Below the pieces are notes generated by a model. That model searched no databases, was not told the origin of the DNA, and saw nothing but the letters and a program-made list of their open reading frames with translations. This document shows, in pieces, positions 52,429-54,370 of a stretch of DNA of 54,370 nucleotides. Within the stretch, counting starts at the first letter, position 1, and each line of letters begins with the position of its first letter. Source of the stretch: a virus (taxonomy: Duplodnaviria > Caudoviricetes); the IMG/VR virus record IMGVR_UViG_3300020421_000026, positions 1 through 54,370 of that record. One strand, given 5' to 3'. The translations under genes were made by a program, and so were the position numbers.

Positions 52429-54370
52429 TTAAAAATCCATCTCTTCAGTTGCGGAGATTTGTCTCTTAGAAAGTTTGTTATTTTCTGCTTGTAGTCTTAC
52501 TAATTCTGCTAAAAGAGCCGCAGTATCAGTATCTGGTGTATCTGCTTTTTTAGGTCCCGGAGTAGGTTTAGAATCTGAGTAATCACCTGTTAAGTCGCTG
52601 ATGTCATCATCAGTCATATAATCTCTACCCCCAGTTGTTGGAACTGCTGATGTGTCAACTTGCGATATAGCCGTTGGCATTCCTGCTGGAGTTCCTGCTG
52701 TAGGTTGAACTTGTGTTTGACCAGCACCGCCTGAGAAAAATGCTCCTACTTGACTTGCAACATCTTTAATTTTGTCAAAGAATGTTGTTTCTGCTGGAAC
52801 ACCTTTTTCTAATCTTGACAATGCGGCAGTTAGTGTATCTATGCTTGAAGCAAATTTTATAACATTATCTGCTGTACCGTCTAAGCCGTCAAACATATCT
52901 ATAACACTCTTAGATTCTGCTAGTCCTTTAAATGATTCTCCTAATATGAATATGCCTGCCATATCCACGCCTTGTAATCCTTTAGCAAAGTCTATAACTT
53001 TTTCCATTGGAGATTTAGAACCAAACAGTTTTCCAATTCCGTCCATTAAACCTGAAAGTAAAGAACCACCGGACATTACTGCCAAGCCGGCACCAATTGC
53101 CGCCAGTCCTGCACCAACCATAATTAAGTTTTTGCCATCTACCACACTCATCATAACAATGCTTGGTACAAACATGTCAAATGCTTTTGCGGCAATCATA
53201 GCCGCTACTGCAAATGGAATAAGTGCGGCACCCAATACACCAATTGCTAATGCACCTGCCATCACAAATCCCACAATAGGCGGCATACCAATAATACCAG
53301 CCGCAACTGCCAGAGCGGCAATCGCCGTTGCCAACACACCTATTGTTTTAAATCCTACATCTTTCATTAGGTTTAATCCAAATGCTAATGGCACCATTGC
53401 AGTACTAAGTGCTAATACTCCGACTGCACCTTTGAGCATACTGCCTGTTGATTTTTCTAATAGTTTGGATAATCCAATTAGACCACCCATTGCAAGTAAG
53501 CCTTTACCTAATGAAGAGAAATCTACTTCGTTAAATGTTTTAAGTCCTACAGCCAATAATGCAACTGCACCACCCATTAGTGCCATACTTGCGGCACCTT
53601 TAACTACTTTGTTGTCTCCAAATTTCTTAACTGCGTTTGCTATGCTTTGCAAGAAGCCACCGCTCTTGCCACCTTTGGTCATAGCACCTGTCATACCATC
53701 TGCTTTACTACTTGCACCTTGTAACATCTTAGCCGCAGTAGAACCTTTACTACCTACGCCTCCAGCGGCACTGGCAACTGTATTGCCTCCGCCACCCATT
53801 ATGCTACTTACTAAAGATTTTCCACCTTTTTTGACCATGTCTCCTAGGAAACTTAAAGCCTGCTTACTAGCACTATATAAGAATATAGCACCAATTAAAT
53901 ATTTTACTCCAGATAATAATGCAGATATCAATGCACCTTTTATTTTATCAACTACATCAGTAAGCATTTTACTAATGTCAAATGATCCGTCTGTTTTAAA
54001 TGCTTCTTGTCCAAAATAGTCTGCTAATTTTTGGAAGGCATTTACGGCAAATTCAATTCCTCGTTTAAGTCCTGGTAAAACTTTTTTGGCTAAGTCTTTA
54101 CCTACGTCTGCCATACCTTGTGCGGCTCCACTGGCGTCATCTACGCCAAAGCCAAATATACCCATTATCTCTTTTAAGCCATCTTCTAATGCCCCTGTAA
54201 TTTCTGGGTCTGCAAATAAACTGTAGAATGCACTACTAAATCCTGATGTTGCTTGTGCTACAACTTTGTTGAATGCGTTAGTACCTTTTTGTACAGAGTC
54301 CATATTAAATCCTGTACCAAGCATTTCATTGACTTCTTTCATTTTGTCTTCACTTTGTTCGAATTGTGTG
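52429..54370 (-). CDS. Tape-measure-like protein (5'-truncated by the window edge)
   Basis: A/G-rich helical protein with a central hydrophobic region. The frame stays open upstream of 54342 to the window end. Confidence 0.65.
   Translation of the reverse strand, partial: TQFEQSEDKMKEVNEMLGTGFNMDSVQKGTNAFNKVVAQATSGFSSAFYSLFADPEITGALEDGLKEIMGIFGFGVDDASGAAQGMADVGKDLAKKVLPGLKRGIEFAVNAFQKLADYFGQEAFKTDGSFDISKMLTDVVDKIKGALISALLSGVKYLIGAIFLYSASKQALSFLGDMVKKGGKSLVSSIMGGGGNTVASAAGGVGSKGSTAAKMLQGASSKADGMTGAMTKGGKSGGFLQSIANAVKKFGDNKVVKGAASMALMGGAVALLAVGLKTFNEVDFSSLGKGLLAMGGLIGLSKLLEKSTGSMLKGAVGVLALSTAMVPLAFGLNLMKDVGFKTIGVLATAIAALAVAAGIIGMPPIVGFVMAGALAIGVLGAALIPFAVAAMIAAKAFDMFVPSIVMMSVVDGKNLIMVGAGLAAIGAGLAVMSGGSLLSGLMDGIGKLFGSKSPMEKVIDFAKGLQGVDMAGIFILGESFKGLAESKSVIDMFDGLDGTADNVIKFASSIDTLTAALSRLEKGVPAETTFFDKIKDVASQVGAFFSGGAGQTQVQPTAGTPAGMPTAISQVDTSAVPTTGGRDYMTDDDISDLTGDYSDSKPTPGPKKADTPDTDTAALLAELVRLQAENNKLSKRQISATEEMDF

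Noticed and set aside
52772-54019. 415-aa plus-strand ORF and many similar antisense ORFs (e.g. 34538-35113, 40264-40839, 42846-43397, 49672-50145)
   Set aside because: These are shadow frames of real minus-strand genes caused by codon bias. They have no SD, promoter motif or protein-like features.
1-54370. Stop-codon reassignment, inteins or introns in core genes
   Set aside because: The standard code gives dense, full-length genes, with TAA, TAG and TGA all used as stops. TerL, portal and MCP are uninterrupted.

Overview
This is an AT-rich segment of a large, distantly T4-like myovirus genome, most likely from an aquatic proteobacterial host (inference). It holds most of the morphogenesis genes in a rearranged order: terminase, gp4-like head completion, tube, sheath, gp13/14/15-like neck and tail completion, two fibre-like proteins, MCP, scaffold, protease, portal and a partial tape-measure-like gene. 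Three accessory elements are interleaved. (1) A roughly 7-kb minus-strand cluster encodes two small membrane proteins, CsgF, CsgG, two curlin-repeat proteins, a FecR-domain protein and a CHASE2/class III adenylate cyclase. This looks like a phage curli secretion system coupled to a trans-envelope signalling module and is the most notable system here. (2) A dispersed enzyme set comprises three B12-type radical SAMs, a twitch/SPASM radical SAM, five DSBH oxygenase-like proteins, FabZ, Fpr and a diiron ferritin-like oxygenase. (3) There are three tRNA genes. A T4-late-like motif (xATAAATA) recurs throughout and sits only 5-8 nt before the ATG of at least 13 genes, implying widespread leaderless late mRNAs. 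All family assignments come from motif recognition by eye; no searches were run.
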